64,000 nucleotides of DNA. It comes from Octopus sinensis (Eukaryota). The stretch covers positions 17,422,001 through 17,486,000 of the forward strand of contig NC_043024.1 in NCBI RefSeq assembly GCF_006345805.1, given 5' to 3'. Under the pieces are notes generated by a model. It did not search any database. It had not been told where the DNA came from and worked only from the letters and a program-made list of their open reading frames with translations. The translations under genes were made by a program, and so were the position numbers. Positions 1 through 13,080 of the stretch are shown one piece after another. Each line of letters opens with the position of its first letter. The stretch's first letter is position 1.

Positions 1-499
1 ATCAGACCAGCTTGGTTTTGGGCTATTTCTGCTTCCCTTCAATACTGGACACCTCATCTGCTAGAAATAGCAGTAGCTTGCCTTTGTTCTCAATATATAT
101 AATTTCAAGTGACACACACAGTCTCTGAGATCAATGCAGTAGTTGTACTACCAAGTAATGTTTGTAGCCACTTCAGTATGGCTGGCCCCATCGCTAGAAA
201 GGAGTTGGGGTCACTCCCTTGCTTACAATATCTCGGATACCGCTGTGCATCATTAACCAGCTTGAGATGTTCTCTTGGCGTTAAGAAATCGCAGTAAAGT
301 CCATTTGAACAGACAGCCATTGTCGAAGTGGCTATGAATATTACTTATATATATATGTATGTATGCATGTATGTATATGTATGTATACACACATAGACAC
401 ACACATACGCACACACATGCATAAAATCTCCTGCAAAGTTACAAAACTATCTGAAGGGCTTTGTTTTTTTTTTGCATTATATATATATCATTTGTTCAA

Positions 500-716
500 T
501 ATTATTTAGATAATAATTATATACATATTTATATCTATCTATTTATATATATATTTATATATATATATAAATTTATATATATATATAGATGTATATATAT
601 ACATAAATATATATATAAATTTATATATATACATATATATATATATATAAATTTATATATATACATATATATATATATAAATTTATAGATATATAGATAT
701 ATATATACATATATAA

Positions 717-752
<36 letters not shown>

Positions 753-762
753 TTATATATAC

Positions 763-815
<53 letters not shown>
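500..815. repeat. (AT)n-rich compound microsatellite
   Basis: Long tatata run with interspersed aaattt and cata units; explains the YIYI ORFs. Confidence 0.95.
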
Positions 816-816
<1 letters not shown>

Positions 817-2033
817 CGTGCATAACTTTCCAAACCAGACGTGATGAGATGAGACGGATTCTTACATGGCTAACTCCATCAGTACAACAAGAACATTGCG
901 TTGTGATGATCAAGATGATATTCATCATCATGATCATCATAACTAACCCTCAAATCTAACCTGTGCTAACCGAATTTAGTCAGAATATATTTTCCGTGGT
1001 TCTTCACATTGAACTCCATGACCCTTCACCAATAATCAGGAGATGTCAGTTCTTCTATTGGACAGACTCTGCCAACACCACCCCAAACCCCATCTCTCTT
1101 TGTTTTTATTCACCACAAAAACCTTGGTTTAGTTTTGAGTAGTTAGTGTAATGATGGTGGTGGTGGTGGTGGTAGTGGTTTATAATTATGAATAATTGCA
1201 TTACAGACTTAAAGCAGTATCTTCAAGTGTTGAGTTTGCCATGAGATAAGAAAGTTTTGGACAAGAGAGTAAGTGGGGAGGGGGGGAGAGGAAGGAGACA
1301 GGGAAGCAGTAAAGAAAAGAAAGTGGAAGAGAAATAGAGAGAAAGAGAGAGAGAGAGAGAGAGAGGGGGAAGGACTGGCAGAGCACCAAGGAGGAAGTAA
1401 GTTGTTTGAGGTTTTCATGAAGAACACGTAATGTCTAGAATATTCTTTGTGAACAGAATGGTTAAGTGGTATGTGAGGGAATGGTTCACTGTGTGACTGT
1501 GGGGGGGACACACCAGTCTCATCACGGAGTCGGAAATGGTTCTACAGGGTGGATTAATCAATTGGCATTAATCAAGATTATCATTGATCTTACATTCATG
1601 GCAGTGGTGGTGGTGGAGGCAGTTGTCAACGTCATCATCATCATCATTATTGTTGTTACTATTGTTTAGCCCTGAATCAACAGTGATCAAACAAATCAGA
1701 TCCAGCCATGACCTTCTGTCTGGACAGAAAATATAGACACACATTATTCACTGTTTTAATTTCTTAAAACAGTAGTATGTAATTTAATAGAGATTTGGCT
1801 GCTACTTCCAGTGAGTGGAGTGACCACGTTGTTATTTAACCCTAGGTCTTCACTGAGTAGATCTATGATTAAAGGGATACAATTTAGGACCACCCCATTC
1901 TATTTTTTTTTCTAAGATATTGCATTATCCAGGACTGCATAAGTTCATCTAATATTCTTTTAATTTTTCAAGATGTCTGAATATAATTTAAGAGAGATTT
2001 AGTCGCTATTTCTAGCAGGTGAAAAATTACACA

Positions 2034-2071
<38 letters not shown>

Positions 2072-2834
2072 TGCACACAGAGTATTGTTGAAGGTGCTGT
2101 TTATCCATGTTCCAGTGCTGAAATCGGTAGAACTTCACTCCTATGGCGCAAGTTATAGTACATTTAACTATACACATAAGTTATATGTATATATACATAT
2201 ATAGCCTAACTGAGTATCCTGTCATTGCCAGGTAATTTTCAAAATAGAATGCCTTGGTAGACTTTCTGAATAGCACATCCACATATGTTGAATTTTCTCC
2301 AGTTTGACCGGGATTGCTTTTTGAAAATTTATGAATGTCCTACCCACCCCATTTCCAGATCGATTTTGCCCAAATCTTTTTTTTTGTCTGTACTACACAT
2401 TTAAAAACAATGGAAAATGCTTTTCAGTAGTAAAAAATAATCTTCAAAAATTTATGAATATTTGTTGACCATCCCAACTCAGGACCGATTTTGGCCAATG
2501 TTTTTTTTTCACATTATGCATTTAAAACCATGGGAGAAGCCTTGAAGGTTAAATAAAATATAAATTTTGGAAATCTGCAATTGCCATTACAATCCCCAAT
2601 ACTTTATTTTCATCACAAAATGAAATGCAATTTAAAGACGAGTGAAATTTAAAAAAAATTTTCATAATGAAACTCTTTACACACAAGCATACACACACAC
2701 TGACAAACACACACACACACACACAGTGTGAGCCATATACTTTTATACAGAGAGAGAAAGTTTACAATGAGAAGATGAAAGAGATAGACATATATATATA
2801 TATATATATCTACGTACATATATATATATGTACG

Positions 2835-2869
<35 letters not shown>

Positions 2870-2946
2870 GTGTGTATATATATATATATGGTGTTTGTAA
2901 GCCATTTAAGAAACACACAAGAGCAGCACACAAGAAACACACATCT

Positions 2947-3152
2947 CCATGCAGCACAGATTTTTGTCAGTGAACATGTCGCGGTCTTAAAGCGACGAAA
3001 ATATTTTGACAAATTAAACTTAAATGTTGAAGTGAATCGAATGGCTCTTGTTTGTTTCTTAAATGGCTTACAAACACCTTCCACGCTGCAATTGTTTTCG
3101 TTTCAGCACACGATCTCAGATCAAATTACTTGCTACGCGAGTACATCTCCGT
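2947..3152 (+). mobile_element. Non-coding DNA-transposon-like repeat (second copy at ~4310-4465)
   Basis: gcagcac(a/g)gatttttgtcagtgaaca...ttccacgctgcaattgtt occurs as two near-identical direct copies plus partial inverted copies; family not identified. Confidence 0.5.
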
Positions 3153-3303
3153 AATATATATATATATATATAAGTTTAACAATTAAGGATAATCTCTTAA
3201 TAAGGGATCTTAACAAGAAATTATCGGGTAGTTAGCGTGAAAACCTCATAAAAGAAAAGAATTCGAAAATAATTTTTTTCTTTTGAACAAATTAATTATA
3301 TCT

Positions 3304-3667
3304 ATATTGTATAGAGGGCATTATTACACATAAATGCCTCACACTAAGAGGGACAAAGTCATTACTACCAAAATTATACTAATCATACCTAAATGCAGTT
3401 TTTCAAAGCAAGACATTAAAAAATGAATTTAGTTCTGTATCACCGTGATTTCACATTCAACTTACGTCTTATGATCATCAGCAGAACTGATTCTGATGAT
3501 GATCATAAGACGTAAGTTGAATGTGAAATCACGGTGATACAGAACTAAATTCATTTTTTAAATGTCTTGCTTTGAAAAACTGCATTTAGGTATGATTAGT
3601 ATAATTTTGGTAGTAATGACTTTGTCCCTCTTAGTGTGAGGCATTTATGTGTAATAATGCCCTCTAT

Positions 3668-3675
<8 letters not shown>
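3304..3675. repeat. Near-perfect ~370-bp palindrome (two ~185-bp arms, axis ~3488/3489), PLE-terminus derived
   Basis: The left arm tatattgtatagagggcatt...tcatcagcagaact is the reverse complement of the right arm ttctgatgatgatc...aatgccctctatacaatata, with differences only at the axis. Confidence 0.95.
3431..3488 (-). ncRNA. Minimal type-I hammerhead ribozyme
   Basis: Minus strand: agttctg-CTGATGA-tcat..atgt-GAAA-tcac g gtga-TA-cagaact. Stem I is 7 bp and perfect, the core is intact, stem III is pseudo-palindromic with a 1-nt loop, stem II is weak. Confidence 0.75.
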
Positions 3676-3708
<33 letters not shown>

Positions 3709-4514
3709 GTAATTTAAATTCAGTTGAATTAGGTACTTAAATTGAGGCACCTTGTTAGGACAAACTGATTTGCACACACAGACAATACTGGGTGAGTATC
3801 AAACTCTGCATAGATATTCTGATATTCATGCAGATGGCACGATCCAACTTAGTGATGTAAATACTCCAAAACCGGTTGTCTAGTGGAGGCTGATGAGGAC
3901 AAACAAAGACACAAAGACAAACACATACACATCTATTATAGAAATGCAAGTGTATGTGGTTATGTATGTGTGTTTAATCCGGACAGGCTCTCAAATGGTG
4001 CATCTTGAAAAAAAATGATTTTCAGATTCTGCATCCAAACAAGAATGTCATCCATAAATAATAACAAAAAGTTTAATTTGTCAAAATCCGCGACCTGTCC
4101 ACTGACAAAAATCCGTGCTGCATCTGAGAAAGTAACAGTTAGATCGTCATATATATGTACGTATGTATGTGTGTATGTATGTATACATGTGTGTATGTAT
4201 GTACGTATGCATGTACGTACAACGTACATGTATGTATGCATGTATGTACATACGTACATACATACATACACACATACATATGTACATATATATGACGAAC
4301 TAACTGTTACTTTCTCAGATGCAGCACGGATTTTTGTCAGTGAACAGGTCACGGATTTTAGCGCCGAAAATATTTTGACAAATTAAACTTAAATGTTGAA
4401 GTGAATCGAATGGCTTTTGTGTGTTTCTTAAATGGCTTATAAACACCTTCCACGCTGCAATTGTTATATATATATATATATATACATATACAAATATTCT
4501 ATAATTATAAACAA

Positions 4515-4900
4515 GGCGCAGGAGTGGCTGTGTGGTAAGTAGCTTGCTAACCAGCCACATGGTTCCAGGTTCAGTCCCACTGCATGGCATCTTGGGCAAG
4601 TGTCTTCTGCTATAGCCCCGGGTCGACCAATGCCTTGTGAGTGGATTTGGTAGACGGAAACTGAAAGAAGCCTGTCGTATATATATATGTGTATGTGTTT
4701 GTGTATCTGTGTTTGTCCCCTTAGCATTGCTTGACAACTGATGCTGGTGTGTTTACGTCCCCGTCACTTAGCGGTTCAGCAAAAGAGACCGATAGAATAA
4801 GTACTAGGCTTACAAAGAATAAGTCCTGGGGTCGATTTGCTCGACTAAAGGCGGTGCTCCAGCATGGCCGCAGTCAAATGACTGAAACAAGTAAAAAAAA
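4515..4900 (+). mobile_element. SINE family A, full length (tRNA-like head, conserved central domain, internal (AT/GT)n, 3' tail)
   Basis: Pol III A/B-box-like head gtggctgtgtggtaag...ggttcagtccc, central gccttgtgagtggatttggtagacggaaac, tail ccagcatggccgcagtcaaatgactgaaac; more than 10 copies in the window. Confidence 0.85.
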
Positions 4901-6499
4901 AAAAAGAGTAATTATAATCAGGGTTCAGCTAATTATTTCACCACACACCAAATTTAGAAATAGGTGTTAAAATGGCTTTTCTGCTACCATTAAGTTCTCC
5001 CAGACAGTAACACTTTTTTACATTGGCAAAAAGAGAAAATAATAAATCCACACAACTCAGATTAGCTACGTGGTTCGAGATTAGCAGAAAAGGAATTTTA
5101 ACTCCTATTTCTAAATTTGATGCACGGTGAAGCCATTAGCTGACTCTCAGATTTGTATAATTTTACCTGAAAAGGTTATTTTAACGTACTGAACTACTTG
5201 GTAAAATTATTAATTAATTGATTTTACCCTTTTATTATTATTGAAATATATATACATATATATATATATATGTATGCATGTATGTATGCATGCATGTATG
5301 TATGTATGTATGCATGCATGCATATTTGTATGTATGTGTGTTTGTATGTCTGCATGTATGTATGTGTCTTTGTGTTTTTCCCCCAACACTAATTGACAAC
5401 TGGTGTTGGTTTGTTTACATACCCATAACTTGGCAATTTAGCCAAAAGAGGCTGATAGTACAAGTAGTACTGGATTCAGTTTGTTTGACCACACCCTTCA
5501 AGGCAGTGCCACAGCATGACCACAGTCTAATGTCTGAAACAAGTAAAGTATAAAAGACTTTACCACTGTAAGGAATCTTTACCATTGCTGCTATTGCTGT
5601 TGTTGTTGTTATCTCTAATCTCCAATAATGATGTCAGGTCACCTTGCTGTTATCTCTCTCCATGATGTGGTTTCTCAACATGTCAGAGGATATATTACTC
5701 CACTCTTTTTTCCTGTACATGTTCATATCATTTATTTGAGGCTGGTGTCCTGATAACACTTTCTGAATTGCCAATCTAAATGGTCAGAACCATGTTTGTG
5801 TTTAACGAATTTAATACAGTCAGCATCATAAAGTTAATGCAAAATAAATATGCAGCAGATAAAATAAATGATATCAATATCTAACATGTGTATGTGAGAA
5901 TGACTGGTTTCTATTTAGTTTCTGTTTATCAGTTCCACTTTCAAAGTATTAGTCATTCTGAAGCTATAATAAAAGACCTTACCCCAGCTGCCACACATCA
6001 GGAATGAACCTAGAAACCAACAGTCGTGAAGTAAACCCCCTGGACCACACAGCCATGCCTACATCTTATGTGTCCGTTACATAAAAACATTAGATGAATA
6101 TTTTCAGTATTTTCGCATTTCGTTTCATAGATTTTTTGGTCAACAAAGACCAATGCCAGGTTTCATGGAATTTGGTTTAGAATCTAAAAATACAATTAAA
6201 TGGAACAGAAATATAAAAGAATTTAAATTGTAATTTAAAAATAGCAATAATTCCATGCTGCCTCAGACATTGTGATTTTCTTAGTTTTTTAGCTCCATCA
6301 CCGGTTATAGTAGTTGTTGTTGTAGTTATCATGCTCCCAGGTCATCTCTGATTAAACAGAAATATGATCAATGGTATTCCAACCATAGCCATCCAGTCTT
6401 TTCGCCTATCATGTATTGCATTTTTATATGCATCCAGCATCTTTTGAAATGGTTGGTTATGGTTTGAAGGCGGTAAATTTAGTTGTTGTTTTTAACAAG

Positions 6500-7368
6500 T
6501 CAACCGTTTCCTTCAGCATCATCTTCACCATCACCATCATCATCACTGCTATAGTCATCACCACCATCATCATCATCAGCGTCATCATCATCATCATGGC
6601 CACCACCACCGTCATGTTTGTCAACATTATAATTTTCATTACCTTTGTCATCATCATCATCAGCATCAGCATCACCACCACCACCATCATCATCAATGCT
6701 AACCTGTTTACTATCTCCTTCGATCTTGCCACCACCATCCCTATCATTATCCTCATCACCATTGCCACCATTGTGGTCAATTTTTTCTTTATCACCATCA
6801 CATTTTTGTCATCACACCATCATCAGCATCGCTGTCATCATCATCACTTGTAACCATCACTACAATAATTACTACCATCACCACCATCTGCATTGTCACT
6901 CTACTGCCCCCACCATCATTACCATTAGAATCATTATCATCATTGCTACCATCACCCTCTATGTCGCGATCACCCCCTACATCGCCACCACCACCATCAC
7001 CCCTTATGTTGCCACCATCATCCCCTACATCACCACCATTACCCCTATATCACTGCCATCACCCCCTACGTCACTCCGCTACGTTGCCACCCCCATCCCC
7101 TACATCACCAGCATCACCCCTACATTTATTACCACCACCTGTGCATCACTGCCTTCACCACCCCTACAGTAACACCTCCATCCCTACGTCATCACCACCA
7201 TCCCCACATCGCCACCACCACTCCCTACATCGCCGCCACCACCCCTACATTGCTGCCACATTCTCTAGGATGCCACACTCCCTACAATACCACCACCACC
7301 ATCATTACTATCATCATCATTACCATCACCACCGCTACCATCATCATCATATCACCACCATCATCATC

Positions 7369-7400
<32 letters not shown>

Positions 7401-7405
7401 CATCA

Positions 7406-7455
<50 letters not shown>

Positions 7456-7490
7456 CCATCATCATCATCACCACCCTCATCTACAGCCAT
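6500..7490. repeat. (CAT)n/(CAC)n trinucleotide low-complexity tract
   Basis: catcatcat/caccac runs; poly-H/S/I ORFs are artefacts. Confidence 0.9.
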
Positions 7491-7969
7491 CAATATGACC
7501 CTTCGTGACACACAGACCACAATGTTCCTTTGATATATTTGTAATATTCACACTAAATCGGAAAAATCTAATTAAAACAAATTAATTTGAAAGGGACTCT
7601 CTCTCCCCCATCTCTCTCTCTCTCTCTCTCTCCTTTTCTCTCTCTCTACATTCAGAACCACATGGAGTGATAAAAGTAAACACACACACACATATATATA
7701 TATATACCCATATATATACACATGGATGTATAAATATGTATGCATACACACACATGCAACACAAACAAACACTTATATATACGTGTTCATATACACATGC
7801 ACATATGCACACACATTACACATATGCATGTAGACGCACATACACTAATAGTTACATACATATATATAAATACATATCTGCACAAACATAAATATACATA
7901 AGCATATACGCAGATCAGTTTTAACATTTATATCAACACACAAATGTAAAGAAATGGATTGCATTTATA

Positions 7970-7970
7970 T

Positions 7971-8021
<51 letters not shown>

Positions 8022-8182
8022 GTATATATATGTATGTATGTATGTATATGTATGTATGTATGTATATATATGTATGTATGTATATATATATATATATGTA
8101 TATATGTGCATATATATATATATGTATGTATGTATATATATATATATATATATGTATATATGTGCATATATATATATATATG

Positions 8183-8225
<43 letters not shown>

Positions 8226-8363
8226 GTGCATATATATATATATAGTATGTATGTATATATATATATATATTATTTATATATATATATATATATTATATAT
8301 ATATATATATATATATTATATATGTATTTATATATATGTATGTATGTATATATATATATATAT

Positions 8364-8399
<36 letters not shown>

Positions 8400-8535
8400 T
8401 TATATAGATATATATATATGGATTTATATATATATATATATGTATTTATATAGATATATATATATATATTATATATATATATATAGGTATTTATATATAT
8501 ATTATATATATATATGATATATATATATATGTAGT

Positions 8536-8583
<48 letters not shown>

Positions 8584-8700
8584 CTATATATATATATGTA
8601 TTTATATATATATATATATTATATATATGTATTTATATATATCTATATATATATATATATGTATTTATATATATATATATATATATATGTATTTATATAT
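7970..8700. repeat. (AT)n/(ATGT)n microsatellite
   Basis: Direct inspection. Confidence 0.95.
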
Positions 8701-8805
8701 AAAGTTAATCCAAACATGAAAACACAAAGAGAAAACACAACAATGCGAGGACGTGGAACAAGTATCGTGTTATTGGACGCTCAGGAAAGGAAAGAGAGAA
8801 GGAGG

Positions 8806-8840
8806 ATTTAATGTTTCGAGCAGAGCTCTTCGTCAGAAAC
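8806..8840 (-). ncRNA. Minimal hammerhead ribozyme motif in a short non-autonomous PLE-like repeat (8700-8905)
   Basis: Minus strand: gttt-CTGACGA-A-GAGC tct GCTC-GAAA-CA-TT-aaat; one mismatch against a palindromic ACGT stem III. Confidence 0.55.
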
Positions 8841-8910
8841 ACAGGAAAAGGAAAGATCCAAGGAATGGAAAACAGAGGGAAAAGAATCGCCAACGGTACA
8901 CATGCAGTCA

Positions 8911-8947
<37 letters not shown>

Positions 8948-8985
8948 TGTGTGTGTGTGTGTGTGTATATATATGTGTGTGTGTG

Positions 8986-9030
<45 letters not shown>

Positions 9031-9099
9031 GGTATGTTGTCACCATTTTATACCTTTAATTTTGTGCAAACACATTGTTTGTTTTTGATTTTGTCGACT

Positions 9100-9878
9100 A
9101 CAGAGTATAGTAGGATCAGTTGGAAACTTCTATGAGAAAAACAGTACCATCACACAAATCATTCTGCCAGAAATTTGGTAACAACATTCTGTACTGCTTG
9201 GCATTGAAGCTGGAAGCTCCAGTATGGACATTTCAGAGTGTTTGAGTGTCAATCTGAGAACATGTACTGAGAGTAATAAAAATCAAACATCATGGTGTTT
9301 AGACTGATTACTAGTGATGGCAACATTATGCCTCCATTCATCTTCCCACATGGTCTCAGGCTCAACACGGAGACCTACTTCAAGTTCCTGGAGGAGATAG
9401 TGCTGCCCTGGATCAAGAGGGTGTCTGCTGGAAGATCCTATTTCTGGTAACATGACTCTGCACCATGCCACAGAAGCAGGCGAGCCAAGTCATGGCTGCC
9501 AGACAATTTCTGTGACCACATCACCCCTAAAATCTGGCCACCTAACTCCCCGAACTTCAACCCCCCTTGATTATTATGTGTGGGGCGCAGTTGAGCGAGA
9601 GACCAACAAACTCCTTTTAACACCAAAGATGAACTGAAGGCAAGGATTATGGTAGCATTCACCAATTTAAACAAGGAGACCGTCCAGAAGAGCTGCGGAA
9701 GATTTCAAAGTCGTTTTTAGGCCATGGTTGAAGCAAATGGTGATTTTATTGGATAGATTTACTTTTTAGTATTTCAAGATATCTTTATGCATTTTCGGTA
9801 AATATATCTGTTAAACTGAGATAGTGTTATTTTCATTTTTGTGTAATTTAGATGACAGTTTATTCACTGCACCCTGTA
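9100..9878 (+). mobile_element. Tc1/mariner superfamily, maT (DD37D)-type transposon remnant
   Basis: Reconstructed IMPPFIFPHGLRLNTETY..VLPWIKRV..HDSAPCH..IWPPNSPNFNPLDYYVWG..ELKARI; 37 residues between the D's after removing one extra C at ~9566; ends in gcaccctg + TA; 5' boundary approximate. Confidence 0.85.
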
Positions 9879-9901
9879 TATTTACGTGCATAGATATATA
9901 C

Positions 9902-9964
<63 letters not shown>

Positions 9965-9988
9965 TAGATACATGCATGTGTGTGTGTG

Positions 9989-10034
<46 letters not shown>

Positions 10035-10221
10035 ACCTACCTACCTACATACGTACATACATATATTCACCAAACCCTATATATTTACATGCATAGATAT
10101 ATAGACATACATATATATATATATATTATATATATATATAGATACATGCATGTGTATATATATATATATATACATGCCTGCCTACCTACATACATACATA
10201 CTTATATGTATATATATATGA

Positions 10222-10254
<33 letters not shown>

Positions 10255-10359
10255 ACATTAATATACAAAATATATATAAAATATATGATGTGAAGTATAT
10301 AAAAATTTATATAATGAGCAGAGCAAGCTATAAAAATATGCAATATATAAAATAAAGCA

Positions 10360-10905
10360 AAAAAGGGGTATAAGGACTTGCTGAAGGCTTCCTTAAGAGA
10401 TGCTTGCATCTCTCCTGATACATGGGAGGGCATAGCTATTGATCATAGCAGGCAGAGAAGGATTGTGCATGAGGGGACAGCTACTTTTGAGAAATCTCGA
10501 GTTGCGCATGAGAAAGTAAGGAGGGATGTCAGGAAGGGCATCACTGTTACACTTCCAGATGGGAAGGGTCTTCCTATGATGGTGACATGCAATGTCTGTG
10601 CATGACCCTGCCTCAGTAAAGCTGGACTCAAAAGTCATCTTCGTAGTCATAAAGTGAGACAGATGAGTGACAACCTGGCCACTGGTGGTGGTGTAACACA
10701 CCATACTAATTATATCTGTCGGGCATGTGGAAGAGAGTGTAATTCGGCAGGAGGACTTAAACGACATGCAAAGGTACATGAAGCCCAGTTACAACTACAG
10801 CCGGCTTTTACCGGTAAAGGTTTTAGCTGCCAATTCTGTACAAGAGATTGTAGATCTTTAGCTGGGCTAAAAAGTCACATTCGATCACAGCACCAGTAAC
10901 AGTTA
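10360..10905 (+). mobile_element. RTE-clade LINE 3' end (ORF C-terminus with three C2H2 zinc fingers), one in-frame stop
   Basis: KGYKDLLKASLR..ISPDTWEGIAIDHSRQRRIVHEG..FEKSR resembles RTE/BovB C-termini; ORFs 10378-10605 and 10654-10899 are in the same frame, separated by TGA. Confidence 0.8.
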
Positions 10906-10980
10906 AGCTTCGTGCAATGGCCATACTCAATAACAATGGGGCAGCCATCATATATATATATGTGTGTGTGTGTGTATACA

Positions 10981-11024
<44 letters not shown>

Positions 11025-11109
11025 CATACAGACAGACAGACATATATATGAATATATAGATACATACATATATATACATGTACATGTGTGTGTGTGTATG
11101 TATTTATAT

Positions 11110-12400
11110 ATATATAATGTACTGATCTGTGATAGAAAGTTCAACAAAAATAGTACTCCATCTGGTAGGAGATAAACATTATTTATTTAAATGTCACAAT
11201 TTATGTATTAAAGCATTTCATATGTTGAGAACTCAAACATATTCTTCAGGCACAAACCACATATCATAACAAACTAAAATAATTGAATAATAGAAGAAAC
11301 ATGAAGAAATCGAGAAGGCAGCATATAGAAAATGCAGACAGTAAACAACGGAAGATGGAGAACAGAAACTAAAATGTCAAAAATCAAAAGTAAAAAGGTA
11401 AAAGAGCTTTCGTCCTTAGACCTCAAATGAAAAGACTGGAAAGATATCAAGTCAGTCGGGAATAGGTGGAATTTTCCATTTCTCCAAAATATATCTCTAT
11501 TTATGCATATAACCATTGAAAATTTCTGACCTAGAGTTCAACTGAGAGTTAGGGATCTTAGCTCTGAATAGGATCTGCCCTTTTTCAGTCAAACAAAGTC
11601 TACATTTATTCGATCCATTCACATAAGGAATGGATTTCTCAATTATTTTCCATTTAATCACATGCAATGTTTCGTTATCTTTCAAAGTTCATACATAGCT
11701 AACCAACTTAGTAGCTTTACTTTTGTCCCTATGTCGGAAGGAGGCTGTGTGATTGGCATAGCAATTTTAGAATTCACCTTCACATAATCCAAGATAGGTC
11801 TTGTTATCAACTGTATTATTATTTAGGATTGCAGTAACTTCTGCCTCACATATGATACATTGTTGGTGAAGTGTATGGGATCCTGGGTCGCAACAGTTAC
11901 AACTGGGTTCAGGCTCTTGGTATTGACTATGTGTAATGATACTCTTTATATTGGGGCAGCAGCTATATGATAATTTCACAGAACGCCTATTGAATATTTT
12001 CTTGTATCTGTGAGTAGCTGGAAAGGATTTGTCTGGGAGTGACAGGAATCTTTTATCAATGTTATTATTTTATATTAAGGGAAAATGGTGAGGCGAACTA
12101 AATAATTTTCCTTGACCTATTTTTAGGTTTCTTATTATCCTGATTGATACTAGAGTGGTTATGAACTACTTTATCCTTGATGCCACTAGATCTGTTATTG
12201 AAATTTTGATTGTTATTAGAAGGATTATATATTAATTTATCTTTGAAGCCACTATTGGCTAGGGCTTTGTTATAATGGGGGGCAGCTATCTTGAAAATTT
12301 CCTAGGAAGAAGAGAGGTTCGACACTCTTACTAATAATAACTATCAGGTTTTTAAATATTACAGGAGAGTGACAAGATTGTTTGAATATATATGCGAGTT
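11110..12400 (-). mobile_element. Penelope-like element, 5'-truncated (RT thumb, linker, GIY-YIG endonuclease, 3' terminus)
   Basis: Translated remnants KRFLSLPDKSFPATHRYKKIFNRRSVKLSYSCCPNIKSII, KTYLGLCEGEF, KWKIIEKSIPY..KCRLCLTEK..LNSRSEIF. Confidence 0.9.
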
Positions 12401-13045
12401 ACTGCAACTCTAAATAATATTACAACTGATAAGAAGACCTATCTTAGATTATGGCAATCACACAGCCTCCTTCCGACATAGGGACAAAAGTAAAGCTACT
12501 AAGTTGGTTAGCTATGTATGAACTTTGAAAGATAATGAAACATTGCATGTGATTAAATGGAAAATAATTGAGAAATCCATTCCTTATGTGAATGGATCGA
12601 ATAAATGTAGACTTTGTTTGACTGAAAAAGGGCAGATCCTATTCAGAGCTAAGATCCCTAACTCTCTTCTGAACTCCAGGTCAGAAATTTTCAATGGTTA
12701 TATGCATATGTATAGATGCATTTTGAAGAAATGGAAAATTCCACCTATTCCCGACTGACTTGATATCTTTCCAGTCTTTTCATTTGAGATCTAAGGACGA
12801 AAGCTCTTTTACCTTTTTACTTTTGATTTTTGACATTTTAGTTTCTGTTCTCCATCTTCCGTTGTTTACTGTCTGCATTTTCTATATGCTGCCTTCTCGA
12901 TTTCTTCATGTTTCTTCTATTATTCAATTATTTTAGTTTGTTATGATATGTGGTTTGTGCCTGAAGAATATGTTTGAGTTTTCTCAACATATGAAACTAT
13001 TAGTAGTGCTTTAATACATGTATTGTGACCTTTAAATAAATAATA
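12397..13045 (+). mobile_element. Inverted second arm of the same Penelope-like element (GIY-YIG C-terminus plus 3' end)
   Basis: Reverse complement of ~11175-11830, about 96-97% identical by manual count; ORF 12525-12758. Confidence 0.9.
12957..13009 (+). ncRNA. Minimal type-I hammerhead ribozyme in the PLE 3' end
   Basis: gtgc-CTGAAGA-atatgtttgag tttt ctcaacatat-GAA-ACTA T TAGT-A-gtgc; long stem II, stem I of 4 bp with two G.U pairs; the copy at ~11205-11245 has lost stem III. Confidence 0.65.
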
Positions 13046-13080
13046 TATAATGATATATATATATATATGTATATATATAC

